A stretch of DNA of 64,000 nucleotides from Isurus oxyrinchus (lineage: Eukaryota). The position numbers and the translations under genes are program-made. The notes under the pieces were generated by a model. That model saw nothing but the letters and a program-made list of their open reading frames with translations, ran no database searches and was not told the DNA's origin. The DNA is taken from assembly GCA_026770705.1 (NCBI GenBank), contig JANJGN010000131.1:310001-374000 (forward strand). Reading direction: 5' to 3'. Position 1 is the stretch's first letter. Each line of letters opens with the position of its first letter. Below, piece by piece: positions 50,685 through 64,000 of this stretch.

Positions 50685-53383
50685 CTGGAAAACAATAACA
50701 GAATGTTATCAATGCAACTTTTAGATTTTTTTCATTTGGACGAAATAGGCTTTCCAATGCACACGCACACGCGCACACACACGAGCTCACGTTAAATCAT
50801 TCCCTTCAATACAACGGTTGACTGCATTTCGAGTGTGAAGACAACAACAAAAACAGGGAGCTTCAGCGATTTCACCCCTCAGTTAACTGATCCCAGGCCA
50901 TCATCGGTGTAATTTCCTTCTGGCAGTGTTCAGCCAAGGCTACCGTTTCTGCTGGAAATAGAGAAGCCCTTCTCCGGCCCACTGAGACAATGACAGGTCA
51001 GCTTGTGACTAATTTAGATACTGTACGAACACTCACTGACCAGTGAGCGAAGCCAAGGAAGCTGACCTCACCAATGGAGTGAAGAAAAATTGGAGGAAAA
51101 ATAACAATACAGTTAACAAAATAAAAGCGTTACAATCGCATGAAATACTTACTTGGTTGAACATTTATGAGGAAAAGGAACACTTTGACGAATATTATTC
51201 TTGTCCAGGAGACACACTGGCGATCAGAAGACATGTTGAAGTTGTATCCTGTGTCAGAATTCCATGCTGTACGGAAGTATGTGATGTATATTCAAGACAT
51301 TTGTTACATCCTACCACCACGTTTAGCTGCACATGAGTATGGCTCCGAGATTTATAAACAACACAAAAATTGCAAATGGAAGTTTCCTCAGTTTGATGTC
51401 TTCCAGCAGCCGATAGGTGCGATGCTGGCAGGGGTGGGGCAGACAAACAAAGGCAACGAATCAAAATTTTTAAAAATCCAAATTCATATCTATAGCCCGG
51501 CCTCAATATCGAGGTACATCAATGGCATTTGTTATTTAATAGACACAATTGATCTTTAATATTTCATTGACTCCAATAAATGCTGTTCCTTACCAGATGC
51601 AAGTTGTGTGATGGACACCAATGTAACATTGGTGTCATGGACACTCATACAACAATCAACACAGCGCATTGTTATTCAATGCAGAAAGAATACACTTTGG
51701 TTTTTGTTCGGACAGAACTTGAGTATTTCTGAAAAAGAGACAGGTCTCAGCTTATCACCCTGCACTCATCAGGAAACTCGCAAGAATAAAAATACATGGG
51801 AGGGGGGAGCACAATTTATACTGTATATGAGGAGAAAGATGATTGGTTGGCAAGTGGCATTTCCCTGAATAATGCACCACCTATGGCGAAGGACAGTTAA
51901 CTGCCAAGAATTGTTTGAAATTTAAGCCAGACAGCTTGACCCTGATAGGTTCAGGCTGACTCGTTTCTCATGATGATGAAGAAGAAGACAAAGAAGATGA
52001 AGATGATATTGCTGATCTGACTGGTTTGCTCTCCGGAGGTCCGGCAAAGACTGTGTATGTCGAATGCCTCCCTCCCCGCCCCCACCACTCCGCCCCCCCC
52101 CCCCAACCCCGCCACCACAGCGCCCCCCTCCCCTCCTTTCCGGCTCCGTGCGGTAATGAGACTGGTGAGTCTGGTTGCACCAATCTATGGCAGAGCTACT
52201 CAGCCCCAGTTAGGTGGACCAAAACTGAGCACAGTTCTCCAAATGTGTTGTTAGCAAAATCTTATATATTTGCAGCAAAGCTTCGTTACACTCCTTATCC
52301 AAACCTCTTGCGACGGCTTCACAAACACTGTTGATTAGTCTTTGTTATTAACCAGTTTGAACTGAGAAAAAAAAACATAAAGACATTGTTCTCCTGCATA
52401 TTTTTGGCTCTTCCCTTTCTCTCTGTACGTATTTAATTCGAAGACTGACAGAGAGCTATAGATACAAAATGGCAACTCAAAAAACACTATGTTCCTCCGA
52501 GTACCGAATCAAAAGTGAGGGATGGATTTAGTCTTCATTGTATTGAATCGGAGCTAATCCATTGCACAGCTATGAATTCCATGTCAGAGCAATAATCGAT
52601 CTAGAAACAAACCTGGCCTAATTAACCAGAGTGAGAGCGAGAATATTCATCACACAGAGAGATCAAGGCGAGCAAATGAGAAAAAAAAGAGTTAAGGATA
52701 GAGACAGAGTCAATAGACAGAGATAAATTGAAGGAGAGTCCTAGACAAGGGAAAGGGAAACAGGCATAGAAACTGACAATTAGTGGAAAGAAGCTGTACA
52801 TTCATTTCACAATTCCATCTCATTATTCATTCATAGTTACTGGGAGACAGCACCTTCTGAAATTATATAAAGTCCTTCAATAGTTCAGAGTGTCTCAGGT
52901 TGCTTAACGACAAGGGCGTATATAGTGAAGAATAGTCACTCCTTTAATCTAGTGATAGAGTTAGAGGAAAATACAGAATCTGTTTAAATAACATCTTAGG
53001 AAAGAGATATAAACGTGATTTTTTCTTTCCATGTATTTACGATGCTTGATGAAGATCCAGGAGATGTAAAGGTCTTTTGAATTTTCAACTTCTGCTCTGT
53101 TAAAATTTCACTCGTACAGCATGAAATTCACAGAAATTTGGAACAAGGAATCAGGCCTCTAAGCATTCTCCAATCAATAAGATGTTTAATTTTTTATGTT
53201 CTAAAAGCGCAAGGAGAAGTTAAGGAAGTTAAACAATTGTAATGAAATCCTTTGAATGATTATAACTGCTGCAAGCTGGAGCGGTCGTTGGATACCCGCT
53301 TCTTAGTTTATTGTCAGAGAAACCAACGGATCTATGATCAAAGGTAATTAACCGCTCTCAGTTACTCTCAGGCAGCATAAGTC

Positions 53384-54100
53384 ATGCTTCCTGCTCCAGT
53401 GAATCTTGTCATCTGCTACTTCATGACATAGTTTAACCGTAGACCGCACAACGTTAAACGAAAACTTATGTGTCACATTCCCACCTCATTGCATAGAAAG
53501 AGCCAGATTAAAATGACCTGGCATCAAGGCCGAGATAAACAGACTCTTGGTCAAAAAAAAATGTTGAAGTTCTGAACTATAATAACACAGGCAGGCATGC
53601 GCACAGGCACTTGTCAAAGAGGCTACACAAACAAACACACACACGTACACACATAGGTGCGCTTGCACACACGCAAACACGCACCTACCCACACAACCAC
53701 ATGCATTTCGACATCAACACCTATGTAGCTGTATATATTTTATGTCGTTTTAAATGGAAATAGAAGCGGACAAACTGCAAGAACATTGGCTGCTATTTTG
53801 ACTTATTTTATTAACTCACAGTCTATCAAAATGGAGAACCCAACAACACTGTCAGGGTGCAAGGAGGAGGGGAGTAAACATTGCTCAAACACCCGTGATA
53901 CCACCACCACCGTATATCACTAGTGGTGGCGCTGCAGTTGTTCCCTCAAACAGTTCAGTTTCATATTCACTTAACAAACGTTTGCATTCAAGCAGTTACC
54001 AAGACCATAAGGATCCCCAAACACAGGCTTTTATGCCTAACATTTCAGAAGGCACACACAACAGTGTTACGTTGATCTTTTATATACCGCTTGGTGATGA
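53384..54100 (+). pseudogene. Possible highly decayed V gene in the opposite orientation
   Basis: Leader-like MLPAPVNLVICYFMT*FN with gt at 53439; acceptor at 53821; fragments TVRVQGGGE*TL, Y..WWR, HKDPQTQAFMPNISE; no intact Cys motifs or RSS. Confidence 0.25.
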
Positions 54101-55419
54101 ATATCAAGGTCACATGCTCAACGACTATTTATTACTCTTTGGTCCAGTGACTAATCAGTTACCAGTCACATCTGTGCGCACAATTAGCTACACGTGACGG
54201 CTGGCTAAGTTAGTTTAATAGAAGATACCAGTACAGGCATGAACAAGGAGCAATGGATGGTGAGGGAAATCCTCAATTTACATAATTTAAAAATGCTTGC
54301 AAATCTCCGGACTCTGAACAGCATCTTTCAACTCATGTCACTCAAAAATAAATAGAGTAAACTGGATAAATCCTAGAATAATTTTAATTCTAAACACCAA
54401 TCGTTACTCTTCCAGGGGCTTGAAACTATTTTTGTGTTTGCAAATTTGATGCCAATTCAGTTTCTTTCTGGAAGCTATTGTAATATTTTCGATAAGCAAC
54501 TAATTGAGGTCCGAAATTGCTCTAAGACTTCGATAGCTCAAACAATGTGACACAATAGTAACCTAACAGCACAGGAACGACTTCAAATTCCCATGAGTCA
54601 ATTTTCAAAACGTTCTATATCCTCTTTTTCTAGACTCATATAATGATGTAAATTATAGATCAGGCATTTTTTTCTCTCTAGGAGATATTCTGAAAAAATA
54701 TATCTATATATTCCAGTGCCCTCCCCCCATTACTCAAGGACGTTCGTGTCTCATTGTGAAGGGCAACTATGCACAGCCCATCTCAGAGCTGGAACAGGTG
54801 CATGATATCCCTTTCGCAGTGATATTTGCTGGTTGAAATCCCACAGAAACGGCACACAGATATTTGACCTCTTAACAATGTGAATACTCTAGTGCATAAG
54901 CAGAAAGTAACGCCTGGCCACAGCCCGGACTGTTGCATGTCCACTCTTTGGTATCGCTGTGTCAATGAGTCACCAAGTGAAATGGAAGATTGAAGTCATT
55001 GGGAGTGGGTAACAGCTACTCACCGGTGTGGTTGTATGTATGAGACAGTATTGAGGAGGGGCAGTAGATCTCTTCTTGCTCTTACTGTACCTGAATGCAA
55101 TTATGCCTTCATTGGCGGAATGTGTGAGTGAACTTGGATCTAAGTGGTGATTAAGCAATTAAGCCGCATCGCTTGGTCTGCATAGAGCCACTAGAACCTC
55201 AGCAGGTTGGACAGTAGGTGAATTCTCTCCTGCACACATGGCAGGCTAATTACACAGCCCAGGTGTAGACTTATAGGTTTCTCAGCAGGTCACGAAGTCT
55301 GAACCCATTTCCAAAGTAAAATGGACTCAAAATAAACTCTCAATTCTCCTTCACGCTATAGAGAGTGCAGTTTATGATGAAAGAGATGGGAGTTTTACCA
55401 ATGGCCACTAGGTCAAAGG

Positions 55420-56340
55420 GAGGAGTTTTGTCCTCATCGGGCGGGCACAGAGAGGTGGACAGGAGCTTTCCGGCAGGTGACTGCCAACACGCGATCAGGG
55501 CCGGAAAGCGATTTCACGCTGGCAGGTCAATTAAGGGCCACCCCGCGTGAAACTCAGCTGGTGACAGGTTGGAGGGGCCGAGCGGGGATGGGAGCCTCTC
55601 GGCCACCGGGTCCAATGGCGATCCGGCCGCCAGGCAGCCCCAGGAAGGCTGCTGGAGAATGACGTCTGTCTGCTGTTGCAAAGATAGACTCCTGTGCGGC
55701 AGCAAACACCAGGCGGGAGGGCATGTTGTTTGGGCATTCGGCCCCCAGTTTTACTGAGGTGTGCCTCGCTGACCTCATGGAGGGGGTGGCTGCCGGAAGG
55801 GACACCCTTGTCCGAAGAGATGGAAGGAGGACGCCTCCAAACCTCACAAAGAAGCATTGGGAGGAAGAGGCAGCCTCGGTGAGCAGCCATAATGCACACC
55901 TGGGTGCAGTGCCAGAGGCGTTTGATTGACCTGCTACACTCGGAAAAGGTGATTGCTGTGTTGGCATCAGTCAGTGTGTGGAATTGTTTTGAACTAGCCG
56001 CCCTCCCCATGCAGTTCAGCGTGTCAGAACCTGAGTCCTAACTGTCAATCACTCCGGCTGTGGCCAAGTTGCTGAGCTTTGGCTGCTTTGACTGAGTGCC
56101 ATGCGAATCACCGGCCATGATATGGATGTGGCCTGCAAGGCGCCCCAATGCTGGCCTTCGCCAGGCTGTAATGGCGCTGCATGTTGGATGTGGACTAATG
56201 AATGCTCCTCTGTGCTTTCAGGAGAAGGCAGCCAGTAACAACATTGAGAGGCCACGGACTGGCGGAGGACCCCCACACCTTTCAGCATCGCTGTCTCTGG
56301 CGACGTAGCGGCCTCCAGCCAGGGCTCCCCTTGCTGTGAT
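55420..56340 (+). mobile_element. PIF/Harbinger-type DNA transposon relic with Myb/SANT-like ORF
   Basis: APSFTEVCLADLMEGVAAGRDTLVRRDGRR...KKHWEE.AASVSSH then (frameshift) TWVQCQRRLIDLL; GC-rich terminal region with ggcaggtcaattaagg. Confidence 0.65.
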
Positions 56341-57957
56341 CATCTCCAACTATGGAGGGTTGTATCTATAAATCATTCCTCCTCTGCTCCCTTAGCTTGG
56401 CCATACCAGACATTTAAATCAGTGTTGAAAAAACCCTGCAGATGACAAAAGTTTTAATTCTTTAAGCAAACACCCAGAATTTGAACCGAATTCTGATGAC
56501 AAATACGTTTCCTTCACTCCACCTTGTTCTAAAATCTCAACGGAGCTTCACCGATCCACAAGTGATACACAAGGTCTGTTACCACTTAGAAATGCAATTT
56601 AACTACCTGTTAGCTCCAAAACTTACCTTAATCTTGAGAAACTACGTAACAAGCTTTTTATTTACTGGAATAACTTCAAAGGTCCTGCCTCCTTGTCGTT
56701 AGCTAATTAAAAGCGCCCACATTATCATGATCTTGTAATTTTAGCTGTGAGCCTCTTAAGTCAACATGGCTCCAAACTTTTAAGAATAATAAACTTCAAA
56801 GTTGGTTAAATTGCATTTAATTTACGGCTGCTTTTACCAGTTTTTGCCACCAGATATCCCCACTGCCTACAGTTAAATCTTTAATTCCTAAAATTAACAA
56901 TTGGATTGAAAATCAGCTGAATTATGACACTAGCCATGGGTAACAGAAGGTGAATTTTTCACCGCAGTATCAGGTACAAATTTACTATTAAACTGGTATA
57001 CCAGTTCCAAGGTCAGAGTTAGACTGGGGCGTCAGGAACATATTCACGTTCAAATTGGGGTATCCGGTACAAAGCCACTGTTAGACTGAATTATCAGTTA
57101 GAATAGCACTGATGGACTGGAATGTCATGTACATGGTCAATGTAAGATCAGGATATCAGTTACAACGTCACTGTTGTACTCGATTATCAGTTACAGCGAA
57201 GTTTCGGGTACAAGGTGAATAGGATACCATATTTCAATCCCATGGTCACCGTTTGACAACAGTATCTGTAGGAAGCCCACTGATGGACCTATGCATAATT
57301 CAAATGAGCACTGTGTGACCAGGTATTAGTTGCATGGTCACTGTAAGTCCGTGGTGTCAGGTACAAAGTCATTTTAGATTGTGTAGTGTCATTCACATGG
57401 ACACTAATATTCCATGGATTTCAATTACAGGGTTTAGTTACAACGGGGCATCATGTTCCAGGTCAGCTTTAAAGTTAAACTCTCATATCATTTCCATGGT
57501 AATTGTTGATCCATAGCATCAGTTTTACGTTTACTGTTAAACCAAGCAGTTTCAAATCATCAGTCTACTATTTCCCTTTCTGATCACTAGACAATGATCA
57601 ACTATGCATCCCTTTGGACAGTTACTGCTTCTGTCCATACTCTGGCACTTGTGTTCATCCCCTGAGAAATTAATTGAAACCATGAAATTGTTTGGCAGCA
57701 TTTTATCTCCGGAATAATCAAAGCTCTGGATTTGAGTCTGTTTTTATTTTCTTATCTGTGCTGCAAGCCTGCAGAATTCCATAACCTGTTTATCACAAAA
57801 GTGGCTGACGTCACGTGCTTGCTTTGAATAAATTATCTTGACAGGAATACCATGTAGTTTTTAGTATATTTTTTCCATACAAAGTGATGGGATGAAAAGG
57901 TTAAGGCATCTTGTTTGTTAAGTGACTGTAATTAATGCCAGCCAGTGTATTGTTTAA

Positions 57958-60900
57958 TTGAATCACCAGGACTGTCCTCCGCCTATATCTAGGCAATGTT
58001 TTCAATGTGTATATCAGTGTTTGACAGAGTGTGGTCGCCAGTATAAACAGCGATCATTGGATCTCACAGCAAATGAGATCCTGTTCTTTGAAATTCCAAC
58101 TGAACTTCGGATTGTCTGGGTGATTTATGATTTGCAAAGGATTTACTATCCGCTCCTCGCTGCTGTTGGCATTCCTGGTGAGTGATTATTTTAGAAACTT
58201 ATTTTATAAAACATCTTTCACCATGTTTGTTGTGCTTGCCCTTAACGTGAGTTAATTAATTTTATTCTCTGTAATTCTTGTGTCCTGTGACATGTAATGC
58301 CCTGTGCTTCTGTGAAGTAGCATTTCAGCAGTTGCTGATTCACTGTTCACAGTTCATTGGACCGTTTGTATATCTCAAGACTTGCTTCAAGTGATTTTTT
58401 TCTTCAGAATTTGGCTGGTGAAATATTTTACGCAATAAATATTAGTGATGAATTATAGCTATTGAACAGCTGCAGTCTGCTGTTTGAACTGAACCCCAAT
58501 AACTGAGCAGAATATGTTGCGCAGGTATTGGTTTTGCAGTGTGATGCAGATAGTAATTTGCACTGATCTGCGGAAATTAGGGCAGACAGGAACGAGGGAA
58601 GATCTCACATAATGATTCAGCTCCAGGCAAATTCCTCTCCACCATCTCCCGCTTTGCCTAACAATAACCAAATTTAGATATTTAGGAGAGAATTTAAAAT
58701 GTAATAATTGTTCAACAGTATTTGCTCCCCTCACCAACAATTGGCTCCGTTCCCATTTCTGTCCACAGACCTAATTTCCTTCCCGTGTCTCTGCATGACG
58801 TTGTTTAGAGCTGCAAATCATTATCCCCCTCCCAAGGTTTTTTTTTATTTTCAAAATGCGTCCTTGGGAAATGGATGCTTGTGACAAACTTCCATTTATT
58901 ACCCATCTGGAAGTGAGCTGAGAAGTTGGTGCTGAGTCTTCTTGCTGAGCTGAAGTATTCCCTCTGCTGACTGTGCTCCTACCTGCTGTTAGGGAATTCC
59001 GGAACGCTGATGAAGGGAGAGGTTACCGTTCCAAGTCAGGATGGTGCGTTAGAGAAGGTGAATCTCACAGCATTGCACACCTTCTGCATTTTGCTGTCCT
59101 GGTACGTGCTGTCGAAGTAGCCCTGGTGTGTTGTTGTAGTTGATTCTGTAGACATTCTTCCTGCATCCACAGAGGTGGAGGAGGAGAAATAGCAAGTTTA
59201 ATGATGGACGGACACTGATGGAAAATCTATTCCATTATTGAAGGTGATTCTGCTTATTGGGTGTTGCTCTGATAACCATACTGAGGAGTAGTGAGCGTTC
59301 CATTATGTTTCAGGTGTGAGATTTCCAGGCGTTTGATTGGTCTGGTGGGAGGCATGGTGTAGGGTATGGGCGGAGGGGTGGCTGCTGGAGGGGACTGGTT
59401 CAGCGTACTCCCACCAAACTGCTGAACACCGAACTTCCTCATCATGTTACTCAGTTGCTGATATAGTTAATAGTTCCATCTGCTTAGCCACTGTTCTTTG
59501 CTGCTCCATTCTGTAGTCATTACCCCTGCCCTTGTAAATAAGCAACCCCTGTTGCCTCAGTCCTTGTAAGCAAACACTCCATCTCTAACCTCTCTTACCT
59601 CTACAAATTCCTTGTCCCTGCTGCTAACCCCCACGTTTCTGCCCCCCCTTCCAGGGACACCATGCTTAAATCTTTCTAACCATTTTTCTGCCTTATTACA
59701 ACTCTTACACCGTCCTTAGCAAAGGCACAAATTATATCTTATGCGACTCTGCTAATGTCGAGCTGCCTCTCTTCCCTTTTCTCGACATGTCTGTGGCCTT
59801 TGGCATGGGTGACCACAATGAAATATTAAGAGTTTCATGTTCTGAATTTCCTCCTAAATCCTTTGTCCTCGCTACAAACTTATCATCCTTTAAGATAATT
59901 CTTAAAATGTGTTCTTTATTGTTATTCACCCTAAGCCAGCCTTCTTTGACCTGATCTCCATTTCGCTTTTGTGTAATTTCCCTCTATCTGCAGCTGGTGT
60001 CTGGAGTCCATTGTCGTGAAATTAATACTGACTATATCATTAACCAGAGCTCCTGATGCCAACAGTGGTGAATATTGAAATGTCTGCCGCTCTGCATATC
60101 AGGATCCATCTGAAATCTTGATCCAGGAGCATGCATGGTAATTTCCCATGAACTTTAAACTTCAGATGGGCAGATTTGTACTGCCCAGGCCCCTCTAACA
60201 ATGACTCCAATACTGACTTTAGTGTTGGACTGTTGTGCCTGTTGTGTGACAGATGCTTGGCGTAGTATTTTCCCGCTATTAATTTCTAGCATGTGTCAGT
60301 GAATAACTTTCAAGCGAAGCCCATGCATGCCCAACCCCCACCTACAGAACTCCCACATTCATCCCACACACAACAGCCCACAACACCCCCAACTACTGAC
60401 CCCAGAATACCTAATCTGACTCGATTGCCTTCCCCTCGATCCACTTGCACAGCTTTCACTAGCCATCGCCCGTCCATTCAACCCTCAACCGACTGCAAAG
60501 CACGTTAACTACTCACCCATCCCCATCCCAACTGCTGACAACCCGCCATCTACGCACCTCATACACAGCTCATCTCTCCCACCCCGCTACGTAGGCAAGA
60601 AAAACAAGCTGCAACGGTGGAAAAAGATAGGGCTTTAATTATATTTACAATCAGCGCTGATTATCCGAGTATCGCCACCAAATAGGCGGCCAGGACCATT
60701 AATTTTATGAATTATCTTACGTGTTAATTTACACACGCATCAAAGCCCTGTGTTAATATTGCACCAGAATCTTCAGTTTCCCTGAGATAATAACACAGAC
60801 GAGTTTCATTCTATCCTCATCCAGTGTTTAAACAGGCGAGAAACTGGTAAAAATTGTAAATTTTCATAATTTGGGTGCTCGGGTACACAATCTAGAGAAA

Positions 60901-63900
60901 GCGAACATGCAATATGTGTTATTATTATCCATTCATGGGAAATGGGCTTCGTTGGCTGGGCCAGAATTTATTACCCAACACTAGTTGCCTTTGTGAAGGT
61001 GGTGCTGAGCTGCCTTCTTGAACTGCTACAGTCTTCGGGGTGTAGGCGCACCCAGAGTGCTGTTCTGAAGGGAATTCCAGGATTTTGGCCCAGCGACAGT
61101 GAAGGAACGCCGATATATTTCCAGGTCAAAATGGTGAGTGACTTGAAGGGGAACTTCCGTTTGGTGGTGTTCACATCTGGCTGCTCCCCTTCTCCTTCTA
61201 GATGGTAGTGGTCGGGGTTTGAACGTGCAGCTGAAAGAATCTTGATGAGTTCCTGCAGTGCATCTTGTAGATGGCACCCACTGGTGCTACTATGCAACAG
61301 TGGTGGAGTGTGTAAATATTTTTGAATGTGCTACCAATCCAGCGAGGTGCATTGCCCTGAATTGTGTCAAGCTTCTTGAGCGTTCTTGGAGCTGCACCCA
61401 TCCAAGTAAGCGAGGAGCATTCCACTACACTCCTGACTTGTGCCTTGCAGATGGTGGACAGGCTTTGGCGGTGAGGAAGTGAGTTACACGTCGCACTATT
61501 CCTTGCCTCTAATCTGCTCTTGTAGCCATAGTATTTATATGGCTCGTTCAGTTCCATTTCTGGTCAATGGTAAACCCCAGGATTTGATAGTGGGGGATTC
61601 AGTGATGTTAATGACATTGAATGACAAAGAGCGATGGTTGGTTTCTCCCTTGTTGGAGATGGTCAATGCCTGACACTTGAGTGGTGCGCAAGATACTTGC
61701 CACATGTCAGTGCAAGCCTGGTAATTGTGCAGCTCTTGCTGCATTTGAGCATGGGCTACTTCAGTACCTGAGGAGTCGTTAATGGCGCTGAACGTTGTGA
61801 AATCAGTAGCGAACATCCCACTTCTGACTGCGTGATGGAAGGAAGGTCATTGATGAAGCAGCTGAAGATGGTTGGGCCGAGAACAGTACCCTGAAGGAAT
61901 GCTGCAGTGAAGTCCTAGCGCTGAGATGATCGACCCCCAACAAACACAACCATCATCCTTTCTGCTAGGTATGGTTCGAAGCAGCAGAGATTTCCCCCCT
62001 GATTCCCATTGACTCCAGGTTTGCTAGGGGCCCTTGATGCCACACTCTGCCAAATGTTGCCTTGATGTCAAGGGCAGCCGCTCTCACCTCCCCCCGGGAG
62101 TTCAGCTCTTTTTTCCATGTTTGAAACAAAGCTGTAATGAGGTTAGGATACAGCAATATAGCAAGTGAATAGGATAATAAATGGCATTCTTCCCTCTATT
62201 CGAGTAAGGAACTTCTGATAGAATTATGCATGTGATTGGTGAGAAAACATATCGATTAATGTATACAGTTTTGGCCTTCTTGCCTAAGGAAAAATATACT
62301 TAAGTAATCAATCAGTCAATCAAATTTGACATGCATCTTCTTAAATTTAGAGGATGTGTGATTATCTCATCGAGTCATAGAAAATAATTTAGTGTCCTCA
62401 TAGCATGGATGCTGAGAGAATGTTTCCCTTAGGTGGGGAGTCGAGAACTCGATCCCTGAGATAAAATGTTGGCCATTTGGAATTGAGATGAAGAGAATCT
62501 TCTTCACTCAGAAAGTGGAGAAACGTCCGAATTATCAACTCTAGAGGGATGTTGGTCGGTAGATTTTTGTGCTCTAAGGCCATTAAGATAAATGTTGATA
62601 GTTTTGGATGGTAGAAGTCGAAGAACGGTCATGGGCTTAGCGAACATTAGAGTTGACCAAAGGGAAATATGGCTTGCTCTTGCTCCTAGTTCTTGCATTC
62701 TTATGTAACAACTTCATTTCCCAACCATTGGCCCATTTAATTCCTGTCCCAAAACACAGACATTAGATCCATTGGTAAATTCTCTCCTGCTTGCCAGCCT
62801 GAATTTTGGGTGCTGCCACTCTCTGCTGTTCCTTCGTGTTGGCCAGAATCCAGCTCTGATTCAATCTCTAATCTATTTTCTTCAGTCTAGCGATCCATTT
62901 ACCTCCCTGTTCTTTATTTATTTTCGAGAGTCTATTTGTTACTGGGATACAGTCTGAGCGTTCATTGTGCCTTTTGGCAAAGGCAATAATTATCAGGAAG
63001 GCACATTTGGACATCCTGATTTGAAATACAATTTCTGAATTTAAATCTGTATTTACTTCTTTACACAACCTTAATGTTCCACTCAAATGTCTTCTCAAAA
63101 ATAAATGAACCATTTTCCTTCAGTACAAATCATAGCCCAACATATCGTTGTGATGCAGTTTGCAGCATTTTCATGGGATATTGAGCAGGACTAGTAATGG
63201 GGTGAGTGATTTTCACTCCGAATTCCATGAATAATTTAGGGAAGTGGCGATGGGACCTGCTGCAGGATTTGTTTTCCTGCTACAACAGGATGGTGTTTAA
63301 CTCGAAACACTCCCTCCAGCATAAAGCTCAAACACTGGTAAAGTAATTAGATTCTGACCTTGGATAACTCTGTTCAAATGTCACTCCATCAGTCTGTAAC
63401 AGTTGCTCTAAGTTAAACAATAGCTATCCTGCCTTTCTCTTCCTTACAGTGAACATACTGACTATTGTGACCCTGTCTCGGGGAAAGTGCGGTCTCTCAA
63501 AATGTGTTTCCCTTTACCTGGTGTCCATGGCAACCGCGGATCTACTGGTCGTTATCCTTGATCTCATATTCAGGCAAATTGCTATTCTTTACTGGGCTCA
63601 GTTTCAGTTCATGTGGAGGTTTAAAGTGTGTAATATCCATGCAGTCCTGCTTTATTCAGCCACAGATTGTTCTGTCTGGTTCACAGTCTCTTTCACCTTT
63701 GATAGATTTCTGGCTATTTGTTCCCAGAAGTTGAAAACAAAATATTGCACCCAGCATACGGCGGCTGTGGTTCTCGGAACAGTCAGTCTGCTATTCTGTG
63801 TGAAGGATACATTCTGGTACTTTATGTATGTAGGTCAATATTCGCTTTCCAATGCTCCTTGGTTTTGCACATTAGTGACGGATGCTGAATTCTCATCAAT

Positions 63901-64000
63901 GTGGGCAGCAATCGAATGTCTTCATTATATTTTAACACCATTTGCGCCATTTGTTTTGATTTTGATGTTGAACGCTTTAACTGTCAGATATATTTTAGTG
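57958..64000 (+). CDS. GPR139-like GPCR (copy B), exon 1 ending 58177 and exon 2 from 63450 to beyond the window
   Basis: Exon 1 ...ELRIVWVIYDLQRIYYPLLAAVGIP G|gtgagt; acceptor cttccttacag; exon 2 open to the window end (NILTIVTLSRGKCGLSKCVSLYLVSMATADLLV..FTFDRFLAICSQKLKTKYCT..LNALTVRYILV); no in-frame ATG in exon 1, so the start is uncertain. Confidence 0.8.
60935..62150 (-). mobile_element. LINE RT fragment, duplicate of 4035-5245
   Basis: EVRAAALDIKATFGRVWHQG, KKLDTIQG, IYKMHCRNS; same intronic position as in copy A. Confidence 0.85.

Larger units (their letters stand above)
56430..64000. repeat. Right arm of the inverted segmental duplication (runs off the window)
   Basis: Reverse complement of ~2147-9820. 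Confidence 0.93.

Noticed and set aside
51040-51170. Candidate leader exon(s) for V3
   Set aside because: The ATG frame stops early and alternative splice solutions need a non-canonical acceptor; cannot be assigned

Overview
Eukaryotic genomic DNA, almost certainly a cartilaginous fish (shark). The evidence is HE1-type SINEs, CR1/L2 LINE and Penelope relics, a shark-type IgH transmembrane exon and two-exon GPR139-like receptors. The window is an unstable, duplicated immune-gene neighbourhood. (i) Three TCR alpha/delta-type V segments lie on the minus strand with 22-23-bp-spacer RSSs. One (41890-42206) is intact, has leader and V fused in a single exon, and has an unusually short CDR2/C'' region; the other two are pseudogenes. 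(ii) Orphan IgH (IgM-like) TM1/TM2 exons at 12.4-12.7 kb have no CH exons in the window, and a second diverged copy of their 3' UTR lies at 24.4 kb. (iii) Five GPR139/GPR142-like class A GPCR loci are interleaved with these: two clear pseudogenes, one with a single nonsense codon, one fragment, and one open but running off the window. (iv) A ~7.6-kb inverted segmental duplication (about 2.15-9.8 kb vs 56.4-64 kb) brackets the block. (v) There are decayed C2H2 zinc-finger and non-rearranging IgSF exons and many TE relics and minisatellites. No D, J or TCR C exons were identified. Most short ORFs in the track are TE or antisense noise. All homology calls are by manual motif recognition; no searches were run.
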